The position numbers were made by a program, and so were the translations under genes. From Lentisphaerae bacterium ADurb.Bin242 (GTDB taxonomy: Bacteria; Verrucomicrobiota; Lentisphaeria; Victivallales; UBA1829): 64,000 nt of DNA. This document shows, one piece after another, positions 46,209 to 55,770 of the stretch; positions within the stretch are counted from its first letter, which is position 1, and every line of letters begins with the position of its first letter. Where the stretch lies: NCBI GenBank assembly GCA_002069785.1, contig MWCA01000004.1, forward strand, positions 18,050 through 82,049, in the 5' to 3' direction. The notes under the pieces are model-generated. The model made no database searches and was not told where the DNA came from. It saw only the letters and a list, made by a program, of their open reading frames with translations.

Positions 46209-46904
46209 TTACCAGCCCGTCCCATACCATTCCGGGTATTTGGAGTATTGGCCTCCTCCTCCGGATTGATACGGTAGATTTTTATAATGACAGCTCCGGC
46301 AAGAGCCATCCCATGTCAAAACATTTACATGTCCCTGATGAAATCGGGAAGGATTCCACGAATTCCACCAACTGACATCCCCTGGTGCGCCGCTCCCTTT
46401 CGTCCTGGAGTCCATATATGCGATCGTCTGGGATGGCCTGGATAGTCCAACTCCGCCCAAAACCGGATAAGGAAATTGCATTCGGTCGTTTATGCCGTAG
46501 CTGAAATAGAAACTCCCTGTGTTGGCCTTGTCTTTATTATGGCCCTGCGGATTTGCGTCGCTTGGACACACCAAAAGGTTTTTGGGGGAAATATTCGTTA
46601 TCTGCCCGTTAACCAGGCTGGGCTGTCCCATATAGGGCGTCAGTAAAGTCAAAAAAATCTGGTCGCTCAACGAGGTCCAGGAATTGGTTCCGTTTGTATA
46701 TTGTCTCGCAAGGACTATGCCCTTGAAGTCATCGGCATACATATTTGCAGCAATGCCGATCTGCTTTACTTTGTTGATGCATGCGATTTCTTTCGCTTTC
46801 TCCCGTACCCTGTTCAGGGCCGGCAGTAATAATGCGGCAAGAATGGCAATAATCGCGATCACAACCAGAAGTTCGATCAATGTGAAACATCTTCCCTTTT
46901 TCAT
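46209..46904 (-). CDS. prepilin-type N-terminal cleavage/methylation domain protein (pseudopilin-like)
   Basis: [42 protein letters not shown]. Confidence 0.85.
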   Translation of the reverse strand: MKKGRCFTLIELLVVIAIIAILAALLLPALNRVREKAKEIACINKVKQIGIAANMYADDFKGIVLARQYTNGTNSWTSLSDQIFLTLLTPYMGQPSLVNGQITNISPKNLLVCPSDANPQGHNKDKANTGSFYFSYGINDRMQFPYPVLGGVGLSRPSQTIAYMDSRTKGSGAPGDVSWWNSWNPSRFHQGHVNVLTWDGSCRSCHYKNLPYQSGGGGQYSKYPEWYGTGW

Positions 46905-46922
46905 TTTTGTTTTTCCCTTGCG

Positions 46923-47990
46923 TTAAGCCTGAGTCGTTAATAGCAAACTCGATTCATTTATTTTTTTAACACTCTCCCGTTCAATAACTTCCACGGGGAT
47001 CTGCGCCGATTCCTCCGGTTGACCGTTCATGATTCCGAGCAGTTTCTCCGCCGTTATTTTCCCGATTGCGCCATGATCAAAGCCAATCGTCGTCAGCGCC
47101 GGATGGGCAAAAACCGCGTGGCTGCGGTTATAAAATCCCATCAGGGCAACCTGTGCCGGGACTTTCACCCCTAACGCCCGGAGACGATTGTTGATGTCAT
47201 ATGCCGTGGCATCATTGGGAATATAGAGGGCCGGGGGAATTTTCGAGGCGTCGCGTTTGATCTTCTGCAGAAGGCTATCGACCTGCGAAAAGCGGTAAAC
47301 CGACCTGGGATCAGAGGCCATGCCGTTGCGTTTCATCCCCTGGAGATATCCTTCCAGGCATACCTGACTGCGCCGGTTATCTTCATTTTCCGCCTGAATG
47401 AAATAAATCCTCGTATACCCGCATTTGACCAGATAATCCACTGCCAGTTGGCTTCCCTGGAAATAATCCGGATATATTTCGCAGATGTTTTTCAACCCGG
47501 TCACTTTTCCGTATACGGCGCAAGGTATTCCGCCGGCTGTCAGATCGGCAATCACGTCATTGCCGATCGTACTGGAAATAACGACACTGGCGTAATTTGC
47601 TCTTATCTTTTCCATCTCGGTTTCCGCCGTTAAATCCACGACAAACCCCTCTGCCTGGAACTTCCTGCATACCTGTTGAAACACCTGAAAATGATACGAT
47701 TCTTCGATGTTGCGGTTGGTCTTGAACAAAAATGCAACTCGCCGGAGCGGGCCATCCTGCCCTTTTCTGACGAAAGTTCCGCTGCCGTGACGGCATTCGA
47801 TCAACTTTTTCGTTTCCAGCAGCTGGAAGGCATCCTGAATCACTTTAATGCTGACCGCGAATTGCCCGGAAAGTTTTCTTACGCTCCGAATGCGGGCTCC
47901 GGGAATCAACTCTTCTTCCCGGATTTCCTTTTCCAGAATCTCTGCAATTTGCAATGATTTCGTTTTTTCCTGTTCAAAGTTCATTGCCAC
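46923..47990 (-). CDS. GntR-type HTH regulator fused to a LacI-type periplasmic-binding-protein-like sugar-sensing domain
   Basis: The N-terminal part is IAEILEKEIREEELIPGARIRSVRKLSGQFAVSIKVIQDAFQLLETKKLIECRHGSGTFV. The C-terminal part has PBP fold features. The start codon is GTG. Confidence 0.8.
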   Translation of the reverse strand: MAMNFEQEKTKSLQIAEILEKEIREEELIPGARIRSVRKLSGQFAVSIKVIQDAFQLLETKKLIECRHGSGTFVRKGQDGPLRRVAFLFKTNRNIEESYHFQVFQQVCRKFQAEGFVVDLTAETEMEKIRANYASVVISSTIGNDVIADLTAGGIPCAVYGKVTGLKNICEIYPDYFQGSQLAVDYLVKCGYTRIYFIQAENEDNRRSQVCLEGYLQGMKRNGMASDPRSVYRFSQVDSLLQKIKRDASKIPPALYIPNDATAYDINNRLRALGVKVPAQVALMGFYNRSHAVFAHPALTTIGFDHGAIGKITAEKLLGIMNGQPEESAQIPVEVIERESVKKINESSLLLTTQA

Positions 47991-48132
47991 CTTCTACGGC
48001 GTTAAAGAATGATACACTAGAATACACTATCTTATTATAACCCTTCTTCTATATTTGTCAATATACCAACCGGAAAAATAATAAAATTTTTTTTCACTGA
48101 CAATTGAAAAAGCAATTTTAAATGATATTATA

Positions 48133-48150
48133 TTGTTACTCGAGCAACAA
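48133..48150. promoter_or_regulatory. imperfect 18-bp palindrome TTGTTACTCGAGCAACAA, 12 nt upstream of the LacI-family gene (candidate operator)
   Basis: Read from the sequence. 16 of 18 positions are symmetric around the central CTCGAG. A direct repeat ATACACTA also occurs nearby, at 48012-48019 and 48022-48029. Confidence 0.3.
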
Positions 48151-48161
48151 AGGATCATTTT

Positions 48162-49163
48162 ATGGCAGCAAACATAAAAGACATCGCGAAAATGGTCGGC
48201 GTCTCGCGCCAGGCCGCGGCATCCGTTCTGAACAGCAGCCCGGTCTGCCATGTTTCCAGAGAGAAACGCGACAAGATTCTCTGTCTTGCGCGCGAGCTTC
48301 ATTACCAGCCCAATGAAGCGGCAAAGATTCTCAAGGGAAAGCCCGGACGTTTGATCGGAGTCATCATGGACTCTTACGCCAATACGCCCGTCGTGGAGAT
48401 TTTTGCCCGGCTGGAAGAATACCTGGCGCAGGAGGGGTACCGGCTTCAGGTCGGCCTGACTCACGAGAACAAGGAGCGCTTCCTGGCGCACCTGGAGGAC
48501 TTTCAGCGATTCAAGGCGGCCGGCATAGTGGCGCTGGCCCATACGTACGCCGGACCGGATTTCAACCTTTACGAAGAATTGGCAAGGTATCCGAATACGG
48601 TCCTGTTCGGACATCCCAGTTCGCCCGTCCGGGCCTTCCCCCGGGTGGAACTGGACTGGGCCGGCGTTTACAGTTCCCTGGCGACCCGTCTTGCCGCTTC
48701 GGGCGCCCGCCGGATTGCTTTGCAGGTGACGTGGCCGGGATATTCCGCCGAAATCATGGAAGGATACCGGCAGGGCTTGCGGCTGGCGGGGCTTCCCTTC
48801 CGCAAGGAATTGCTGATGGACGTCCGCGAACTGAAATCCCTGTCGGCTGCGGAATACGCCCGGCGGCTGATTGCCCTTCGAACCGATGCCCTGTTGACCA
48901 CCGACAGTTACGGGGTGCGCCTGATTTCGGAGTTCACGCGGCTCGGGGTGCGCATCCCCGATGAAATCCAGATCATCGGCCGTTACAATCTGGCGTTTGG
49001 AACGTACGTGTATCCCGGAATTACCACCCTGGACTGCTGTACGGACGACGTGGCCCGCCGGCTCGGACGGAAAATCCTTTCGCTGATCGCCTCCGAGCCG
49101 GTCGCGGAATGCGATACCGTGACTCCAAAACTGATTCAGCGGGAGTCAAGCAAATCTCTTTGA
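48162..49163 (+). CDS. LacI family transcriptional regulator
   Basis: MAANIKDIAKMVGVSRQAAASVLN...LARELHYQPNEAAKILKG, followed by a PBP domain. Confidence 0.88.
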   Translation: MAANIKDIAKMVGVSRQAAASVLNSSPVCHVSREKRDKILCLARELHYQPNEAAKILKGKPGRLIGVIMDSYANTPVVEIFARLEEYLAQEGYRLQVGLTHENKERFLAHLEDFQRFKAAGIVALAHTYAGPDFNLYEELARYPNTVLFGHPSSPVRAFPRVELDWAGVYSSLATRLAASGARRIALQVTWPGYSAEIMEGYRQGLRLAGLPFRKELLMDVRELKSLSAAEYARRLIALRTDALLTTDSYGVRLISEFTRLGVRIPDEIQIIGRYNLAFGTYVYPGITTLDCCTDDVARRLGRKILSLIASEPVAECDTVTPKLIQRESSKSL

Positions 49164-49174
49164 AAGGAGAAATC

Positions 49175-51622
49175 ATGACAAAATGCGGCTTCCTTTTTTT
49201 GGTTTTCCTGGGAGGACTGTGTTCCGGGAAAGAAAACCGGATTCTGAACGGAGACTTCCAGTCAAAGGAGGGGGAGTTCCCGCTCTATTGGATGTTCCGT
49301 TCCCATTCCAACGGCACGGCGGAGCATTTTTCTTCCGGGGGGCCGGACGGAAAAAGTTTTCTCCGGCTCCGGAGCACAGAGGGAGCCTTCCGGGTGGAAC
49401 AGCGGAACCTCAAACTGATTCCCGGGGAATCGTATAAACTCTCCGGTTTTTTCCGCACCAGAAATGTGAAAGATCCCGCGACCGGCGTATTCCTGGAAAA
49501 GGAAAAAGGAATTCAGAACCTTCCCGCCGACTGTCCGGAGTGGCAATACCGCGAAGTTCAGCTTTCCGTTCAGGGCGACACGGTCGGCGTCCGGATTTGC
49601 GTCGACCGGAACGGCGGCGAACTGGATGTCGCCGGTTTGAAACTCCTTCCGATTGAGGGAAAAGACAAGGGACGTTCCCTGACCCAGCGCGAAAACCGGG
49701 AACCGGCCTTTGTTCCATTATCCAATCTGCGGTATCTCTCGCCGCATTCGAACCGATTGAGTTTTTACTGGGCAGGAATCTTTCCCGCCGATCCGGACAA
49801 AATCGAATGTGTCTTTTCGTTCGACCGATCCGCGAAAACGATCCGGCGTCCTTTCGGAGACGGAGAAGTCACGCTCGATTTGAACGGAATCGGGCTGGGG
49901 GAAGACGTGTTGACGGCAAGGGTGCTGGAGAAGGAAACCGGACGGGAATTCCATGCGGGGAAATATGAAGTCAGGATGCTGGACATCCCGCCCCTGCCGT
50001 CCTCTTTAAAACGCCTGAACAACCTCGTGACGGAAATCTTTCACGGAAAGGTCCGGAGCGGAGAAGAGGTGATTCTTCCGAATCCGCGTTACGGATGGAT
50101 GTTTTTCCGGTACCGCGGGGAATCCCCGGCGCCTTTCGAGGCGGTCCTTGACGGGAAGAAAATCCTGGATGAAAAAAGTCTCCGCGGAGAGACGGCGCGG
50201 CTGCTGGAACCGGGGAAATACACGTTGAAAATCAACGGTTCTCCGGGGACGCTCACGGTCCGGCTGATTCCGGACATCCTGAACTTTCCGTTGGGAAGCT
50301 CGAGGTGGCCGGGCAACGGCCGCTACGACTGGACATTTGCGAAAAAATACATGCTGCCCGCACTGACCACGATCGATGTCGGGGGCGCTTCTCCCGAAGA
50401 ACGGGCGGAACTCAAGTCCATGGGACTGCAATGGTTTTCCAACTTCGGCGTGCTCAATCCGAAGAAGAAAAACGACCGGGCGGACCTCCTCGAACGGCTG
50501 GGCGCTTCCGGAAGCTATACCGATCCGCAATACGACGGAATGACGCTGGATGAAACGGAATACCGGGACGCTCCGGCGCTCGATCCGTATGCGTGGGCGC
50601 TCCGGGAGTTCAAAAATCCGCGGAACATTCCGCTGCATTCCTGGGTGATCGGCCCGCCTTCGCCTTCCTATGCCAACTTCATCTCCGCGGCCATCAACGT
50701 TTCAGGCGGACGCGGACGGATTCTGTATGAGGTCTACAACCGGGGGCAGAGGACGGAACGGGAGGCGGAAGACTATTTGCGGCAGATGCCGGTTCATGCG
50801 GGAATTTACCGGGCTATCGCACCGGACATCTTCGCGCAGAACCTGAGCATCATTCTGGGAAATTTCAGCGAAAATCCTTCCATTTCGCTGGCCAGTTTTC
50901 CCCATGTGGACTTCAAATATTACCTTGAAATGCAAGTGCGCCTTCTGGCGGCCGATCCGGCTTTCCGGGGGCTGGGCGGAGTGGGCTGGTGGGGAACGCA
51001 CGCCGCCAACGAGGAAATTGTCCGCTGGTCGTTCGCCCTGATGAAACATTACGCGGTCGAAGGCCGCGCCGACAGCCTGTCCGCGCGTTACGGATTCCGA
51101 TATGCTCCCGGTCATGTGAAAAATCCGGATTTCGAAGAGGGACTGACCGGTTGGCAGGCCAATTCCCTTGTAAGAACCGGAACCTTCAAGGGATTCGGCG
51201 AGAAAAGCGAGAAGCGCTACGGGAGTGTTTACCATCCCGGAGATATGTTCGCGATCCTGGCGCGGACCCCGGACGGCCATGCAGAATTGCGGCAAACCGT
51301 CACCGGGCTTGTGCGGGGCAAAACCTATTCGCTGACCTTCTTCACAGCGGATGCCAATGACATGAAAAACCATGTCGTCGCACCGCGCCGCCACAAAATG
51401 GAGTATGAACTCGGCGATGTGGAAATCCTGCGCCGGGTCTGTGCGGTCGACTATCGGAAAGCCCGGGATGAAAAAGATACCTTTGCGCGGATCAATGCCT
51501 ATCGGATCATTTTCCGGGCGGAAAAAGAAGAAGCCGGACTGGTCTTCCGGAACAAAACAGCCGAACCGGGAGCCGAACTTGCGCTCAATTATGTTTCCGT
51601 GATGCCCTATTTTGAGCCATAA
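49175..51622 (+). CDS. secreted hypothetical protein (815 aa) with CBM-like modules at both ends; paralog of the next gene
   Basis: Trimmed to the ATG at 49175, with AAAGGAGA upstream (MTKCGFLFLVFLGGLCSG). ILNGDFQSKEGEFPLYWMF is near the N-terminus and GHVKNPDFEEGLTGWQ is near the C-terminus. Confidence 0.75.
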   Translation: MTKCGFLFLVFLGGLCSGKENRILNGDFQSKEGEFPLYWMFRSHSNGTAEHFSSGGPDGKSFLRLRSTEGAFRVEQRNLKLIPGESYKLSGFFRTRNVKDPATGVFLEKEKGIQNLPADCPEWQYREVQLSVQGDTVGVRICVDRNGGELDVAGLKLLPIEGKDKGRSLTQRENREPAFVPLSNLRYLSPHSNRLSFYWAGIFPADPDKIECVFSFDRSAKTIRRPFGDGEVTLDLNGIGLGEDVLTARVLEKETGREFHAGKYEVRMLDIPPLPSSLKRLNNLVTEIFHGKVRSGEEVILPNPRYGWMFFRYRGESPAPFEAVLDGKKILDEKSLRGETARLLEPGKYTLKINGSPGTLTVRLIPDILNFPLGSSRWPGNGRYDWTFAKKYMLPALTTIDVGGASPEERAELKSMGLQWFSNFGVLNPKKKNDRADLLERLGASGSYTDPQYDGMTLDETEYRDAPALDPYAWALREFKNPRNIPLHSWVIGPPSPSYANFISAAINVSGGRGRILYEVYNRGQRTEREAEDYLRQMPVHAGIYRAIAPDIFAQNLSIILGNFSENPSISLASFPHVDFKYYLEMQVRLLAADPAFRGLGGVGWWGTHAANEEIVRWSFALMKHYAVEGRADSLSARYGFRYAPGHVKNPDFEEGLTGWQANSLVRTGTFKGFGEKSEKRYGSVYHPGDMFAILARTPDGHAELRQTVTGLVRGKTYSLTFFTADANDMKNHVVAPRRHKMEYELGDVEILRRVCAVDYRKARDEKDTFARINAYRIIFRAEKEEAGLVFRNKTAEPGAELALNYVSVMPYFEP

Positions 51623-51640
51623 GAAAACGGAGGAGGGAAG

Positions 51641-54127
51641 ATGTCCATACGAAAAACATTTGCTTCATCGGTCGCCATGACAATGTTCGGTTTGGCCGCC
51701 GGAGAAACCCTGATCGTGAACGGAGATTTCAAGGCCGACGGCATGCGCTTTCCGCCGTACTGGATGTTCGTCAATTACTTCGGGGGACGGGTCGACTATT
51801 TCCGTTCCGGAGGTCCGGACGACCGGGCGTTCGTCCGGCTTTCCTCGAGCGGCGGAACGACCCGCCTTCAGCAGAACAACCTGCGTCTGGTCCAGGGGGA
51901 GAAATACCGTGTCGGCGCCTGGTTCCGAACGCAAAATGTTCTCAACAAGACCTCTGGAATCCGGGTGGGGCCGGGTTCGTTCGCCCAGCCGGGAGAAAAT
52001 TCCCTGACCGGCCTGCCCGCAAACACCGGCGAATGGAAATATTATGAACGCGAGATCACGCTGAACGAGGAAGAAAAACCCCATTACCGGTATTACACGG
52101 TGGACATTGTGCTGGATTCGGGCGGCGGCGTGCTCGACGTGGCGGGCGTGCGGCTTGATCCCGTTACGGAAAAAGCAAGGAAAGAATCGTTGTCCCAGAT
52201 GGACGCCATGGAGCCGCATCTTGTGCCGGTCAGTCCCCTGTGGCATATTCCGAAGGACAAGCCCGCGCTCGACTTCTTCTGGGTCGGCCGTTTTCCCGGC
52301 GATCCGGACAGCGCGGACTGCGAATTCATTTTCAGCCGGGACGGACGGTCCGGAAAAATTCCCTTCCGCCTTTCGCGCTTTACAGCAGACTTTTCCGGCA
52401 TACTGAAGCCGGGCGAACAGACCATGACCGTGCGGATTCTGAGCCGTGCCGGGCAGAGGGTCTGGCATGAGGAGACCTTTCCCGTCCGCTGCACGACCGT
52501 TCCGGAAGTCAAAAACGCCAAAGTCCTGAACAACTTCGTGACGGAACTGTATAACGGCGCGCTCGGCACGGGCGAAAAGATCACCCTTCCGAATCCGCGT
52601 TACGGTTTTCTCCTTTTCCGGTTCCTTCCCGAAAACAAGGAAAAATTCACGATCCTGCTGGACGGCAAGCCGTTGTTTACGGAAAAAGCTCCTCGGTCGG
52701 AAACGATCCGCGCGCTGGAACCCGGAGAATATTCCCTTGAAGTCAAAGGAGCGCGGGGAACGTTCATTGCGAGGCTGATCCCGGATGTCATGACCTTTGC
52801 TTTGATGACGCCCCGCGCGCCCGGCAACGGCGTCTACAACTGGGAATTCGCCAGAAAATACATCGTCCCCGGGATGACCACCCTTACGGTGGCCGGTCTT
52901 TCCAAAACGGAATATGCCGAGCTCAAGGAACTCGGACGGCAATATCTGGACAACTACGGCATTCAGAACTGGAATCATCCGAACATTGCCGAAGACAATC
53001 TGGCGCGGATGGAAAAAGACAAGGTTTTTTCCAGTCCGCAAAACGACGGAACCACCATGGATGAGTCGGAATGCTGGTATCCTCTCATGCTCGATCCGTA
53101 TGCCTGGGCGCTCAAGAAATTCAAAAATCCGCATGACAAGCTGATCGTGACGTACCAGACCGGGCCGGTTACCCCCTCCTACTTGAACGTGATCTCCGCC
53201 GCCGCGAACGTCTCGAAGGGACGCGGCTGGCTGGCCTTCGAAGTCTATCCGCGGGAGCCCGACAACGAGAAGGATGCGGAAAAACAGCTTTTCCAGCTCG
53301 GACAGCATTGGGATATTTTCCGCGATGCGGCGCCGGGGCTGTTCGGCAAAGCCGGGCTTCTGCTGGGGAACTTCTCCATGCATCCCCAGATTTCGCTGGC
53401 GCACCATCCGGGAGTCGACTACAAATATTACCTCGACATGCAATTGTGCGCCGCGGCGAATCAGCCTTCGTTCCAGGGACTGGGCAAGCTGGGTTTCTGG
53501 GGCACCTACGCCGCGGACGAGGAAATCGTGCGCTGGTCTTTCCGGCTGATGCGGCATTATGCTTTCGAGGGCAACAGGAACATGCTTTCCGAAAAATACG
53601 GCTTCCAATTCCTTCCGGGACACCTCCGGAACGGAGATTTCACGGAAGGCTTGAAATTCTGGCAGGGCGCCGGAGGGGTTCATGTCGACCGCTTCCCGGG
53701 ATATGGGAAAAATTCACTGCGGTTTCATGGCTCCGCGGGAACCGGAGATGTTTTTGCCGTGTTCCCGCGCACAAAAGAATCCCATGCCGAACTCACCCAG
53801 GCCGCCCGGGGGCTTGTCAAAGGGAAAAAATATCTTCTCTACTTTTACGCGGGGGACCTGGACGACATCATCAACAACCGGCAGATCGCCCGCCGGATCG
53901 GGATCGAACTGGAACTGACCGGCGCCGAGATTCTCCAGTCCACGCGTTACACCGGGAACAACACCAAGTCGAAACATGCGTGGATCAACACCCATAAAAT
54001 CATTTTCAGGGCGCTTCGGGACTCGGCGGAACTCCGGTTTTCGAACCGGAAGTCGGAGCCGGGTTCTTCCTCCGTGCTGAATTACATTTGCCTGCGGCCG
54101 TATTACGATGTGGAACCCGTAGAATAG
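51641..54127 (+). CDS. secreted hypothetical protein (828 aa); paralog of 49175..51622
   Basis: It is collinear with the preceding gene: IVNGDFKADGMRFPPYWMF, LPNPRYGFLLFRF, GNGVYNWEFARKYIVPGMTT, DPYAWALKKFKNP and GHLRNGDFTEGLKFWQ. Confidence 0.75.
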   Translation: MSIRKTFASSVAMTMFGLAAGETLIVNGDFKADGMRFPPYWMFVNYFGGRVDYFRSGGPDDRAFVRLSSSGGTTRLQQNNLRLVQGEKYRVGAWFRTQNVLNKTSGIRVGPGSFAQPGENSLTGLPANTGEWKYYEREITLNEEEKPHYRYYTVDIVLDSGGGVLDVAGVRLDPVTEKARKESLSQMDAMEPHLVPVSPLWHIPKDKPALDFFWVGRFPGDPDSADCEFIFSRDGRSGKIPFRLSRFTADFSGILKPGEQTMTVRILSRAGQRVWHEETFPVRCTTVPEVKNAKVLNNFVTELYNGALGTGEKITLPNPRYGFLLFRFLPENKEKFTILLDGKPLFTEKAPRSETIRALEPGEYSLEVKGARGTFIARLIPDVMTFALMTPRAPGNGVYNWEFARKYIVPGMTTLTVAGLSKTEYAELKELGRQYLDNYGIQNWNHPNIAEDNLARMEKDKVFSSPQNDGTTMDESECWYPLMLDPYAWALKKFKNPHDKLIVTYQTGPVTPSYLNVISAAANVSKGRGWLAFEVYPREPDNEKDAEKQLFQLGQHWDIFRDAAPGLFGKAGLLLGNFSMHPQISLAHHPGVDYKYYLDMQLCAAANQPSFQGLGKLGFWGTYAADEEIVRWSFRLMRHYAFEGNRNMLSEKYGFQFLPGHLRNGDFTEGLKFWQGAGGVHVDRFPGYGKNSLRFHGSAGTGDVFAVFPRTKESHAELTQAARGLVKGKKYLLYFYAGDLDDIINNRQIARRIGIELELTGAEILQSTRYTGNNTKSKHAWINTHKIIFRALRDSAELRFSNRKSEPGSSSVLNYICLRPYYDVEPVE

Positions 54128-54140
54128 AATTCAAGAAGAA

Positions 54141-54299
54141 AGGAGCGTGTCATCATGAAAGGGAAAAGCGGAAACCCGATTCGGTGGAATTTTACATTGA
54201 TCGAACTCCTGATCGTTATTTCCATCATTGCGATTCTGGCGGCGCTGCTGCTGCCCGCGCTGAGCAAGGCAAAAGAAAAAGCGGTCGGGATTCAGTGCC
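54141..54299 (+). repeat. copy 1 of a ~159-bp near-identical direct repeat (RBS plus the first ~48 codons of the tandem pilin-like genes)
   Basis: The first 118 nt are identical to 54952-55069. Only 2 mismatches occur across 159 nt. Confidence 0.9.
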
Positions 54300-54949
54300 T
54301 GGGGCAGCTCAAACAGATCGGTCTCGGCATCCTGAATTACCGGAGTGACTACAATGAATTCTGGATGAGCCATAATCTGAATTCATCGGCGGCGGCGGGC
54401 ACCTCCGGCGAACTTGCCGGGTACCGGTGTTATCCCTGGAGCCTGAAGTTGACCGAGGAAAAATATCTGCCGGAAAATTTCTGCGCGCTCATGTGTCCGG
54501 ATGCCTATAAATTCATGTCATCGTATGAAAAGACACATCACCAGTACGTGTATGGTGCTCCATATGCGGACGTGATTGCGTTTGATTTCAAAGCCAAGGC
54601 TTTTCTACGGTTCGGCCTGAGCAAAATTGCTGTCGTCATGGATTCGGCAATGTATGCGGAAAAAATCAACAACTATATTCCCGGCACGGAAATCAACCGT
54701 ATTTTTGGCGCGTATCATTCGACCAACTACGGGCACGTATATTTGAAACACAGCGGAAAAGCCAATCTCTGGTTTGCCGACGGACACGCCGGTTCGGTTC
54801 AAGGTGTGGAACTTGCACGGGAAATCGGGTTTCCGGGATATACCCCCAGTTACGGTTTTCTGGTTTCCAATATCCCGCACTCCGCTGTCGGCCCGTGGGG
54901 CAATGTCCATTGCAAAGTTTATTCATCTGAGGTCATCTGGGAAAAATAG
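54155..54949 (+). CDS. prepilin-type N-terminal cleavage/methylation domain protein (pseudopilin-like)
   Basis: [48 protein letters not shown]. Confidence 0.85.
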   Translation: MKGKSGNPIRWNFTLIELLIVISIIAILAALLLPALSKAKEKAVGIQCLGQLKQIGLGILNYRSDYNEFWMSHNLNSSAAAGTSGELAGYRCYPWSLKLTEEKYLPENFCALMCPDAYKFMSSYEKTHHQYVYGAPYADVIAFDFKAKAFLRFGLSKIAVVMDSAMYAEKINNYIPGTEINRIFGAYHSTNYGHVYLKHSGKANLWFADGHAGSVQGVELAREIGFPGYTPSYGFLVSNIPHSAVGPWGNVHCKVYSSEVIWEK

Positions 54950-54951
54950 AG

Positions 54952-55110
54952 AGGAGCGTGTCATCATGAAAGGGAAAAGCGGAAACCCGATTCGGTGGAA
55001 TTTTACATTGATCGAACTCCTGATCGTTATTTCCATCATTGCGATTCTGGCGGCGCTGCTGCTGCCCGCCCTGAACAAGGCAAAAGAAAAAGCGGTCGGG
55101 ATTCAGTGCC
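54952..55110 (+). repeat. copy 2 of the ~159-bp direct repeat
   Basis: See copy 1. The offset between copies is 811 bp. Confidence 0.9.
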
Positions 55111-55745
55111 TCGGCAAACTCAAACAGATCGGGTTTGCGATCATCTCCTACCGGAGCGACTACAATGATTTCTGGATAAGCAACAATTGTTCGTCCGCGC
55201 CGGTTCTTCCGGCCTATCCGTGGGCGCTGAAACTGGCCGAATGCGGCTACATGGCCAATGATGCGAAAGGCTTCATGTGTCCGGACATGCTGAAACGTTC
55301 CGGACAGATCAACTTTTCTTATGCGAACACCTACGGGGCGCCCTACCTGAATCCGGCTTCTTCGGATCCCTCCGCATACGCCTTCAACCTGAAGGCAAAG
55401 CCGGTCCAGGAAGTCGGACAGAGCCGGATTGTCCTGGTCATGGATTCGGCGCGTTTTGCCGGCTATATTTCCGGATATGTCGAAGGATCGGAAGTCAACC
55501 GGATTATATCGGACGGAGATGTGAGCAATTACGGACACGTCTATCTGGCGCATACCGGACGGGCCGGTCTGCTGTTTGCCGACGGTCATGTGGAAATGGG
55601 CGGTTCGTATGACCTGCGCCAGAAATTCGGCACCCTCCGATTCTTCAGCGGCACGCTGTCCATCGTGAACTTTTCCCACATCGCCGTGGGAAGATGGGGC
55701 TCGGTGCAATGTCAGGCCGCTTCAAAAATCACATACGCACAATAA
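54966..55745 (+). CDS. prepilin-type N-terminal cleavage/methylation domain protein (pseudopilin-like), tandem paralog
   Basis: ORF 54774..55745 trimmed to the ATG at 54966. The N-terminus is nearly identical to the preceding gene and the C-terminal domain diverges. Confidence 0.85.
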   Translation: MKGKSGNPIRWNFTLIELLIVISIIAILAALLLPALNKAKEKAVGIQCLGKLKQIGFAIISYRSDYNDFWISNNCSSAPVLPAYPWALKLAECGYMANDAKGFMCPDMLKRSGQINFSYANTYGAPYLNPASSDPSAYAFNLKAKPVQEVGQSRIVLVMDSARFAGYISGYVEGSEVNRIISDGDVSNYGHVYLAHTGRAGLLFADGHVEMGGSYDLRQKFGTLRFFSGTLSIVNFSHIAVGRWGSVQCQAASKITYAQ

Positions 55746-55770
55746 ACCAATTCGGAGGGAAACAGTATTT

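Noticed and set aside
51665-53683. A 672-aa minus-strand ORF, plus the similar ORFs 50006..50638 and 50702..51394, opposite the 815-aa and 828-aa paralogs.
   Set aside because: They are antisense shadows. The plus-strand genes are supported by paralogy with each other, signal peptides and RBSs.
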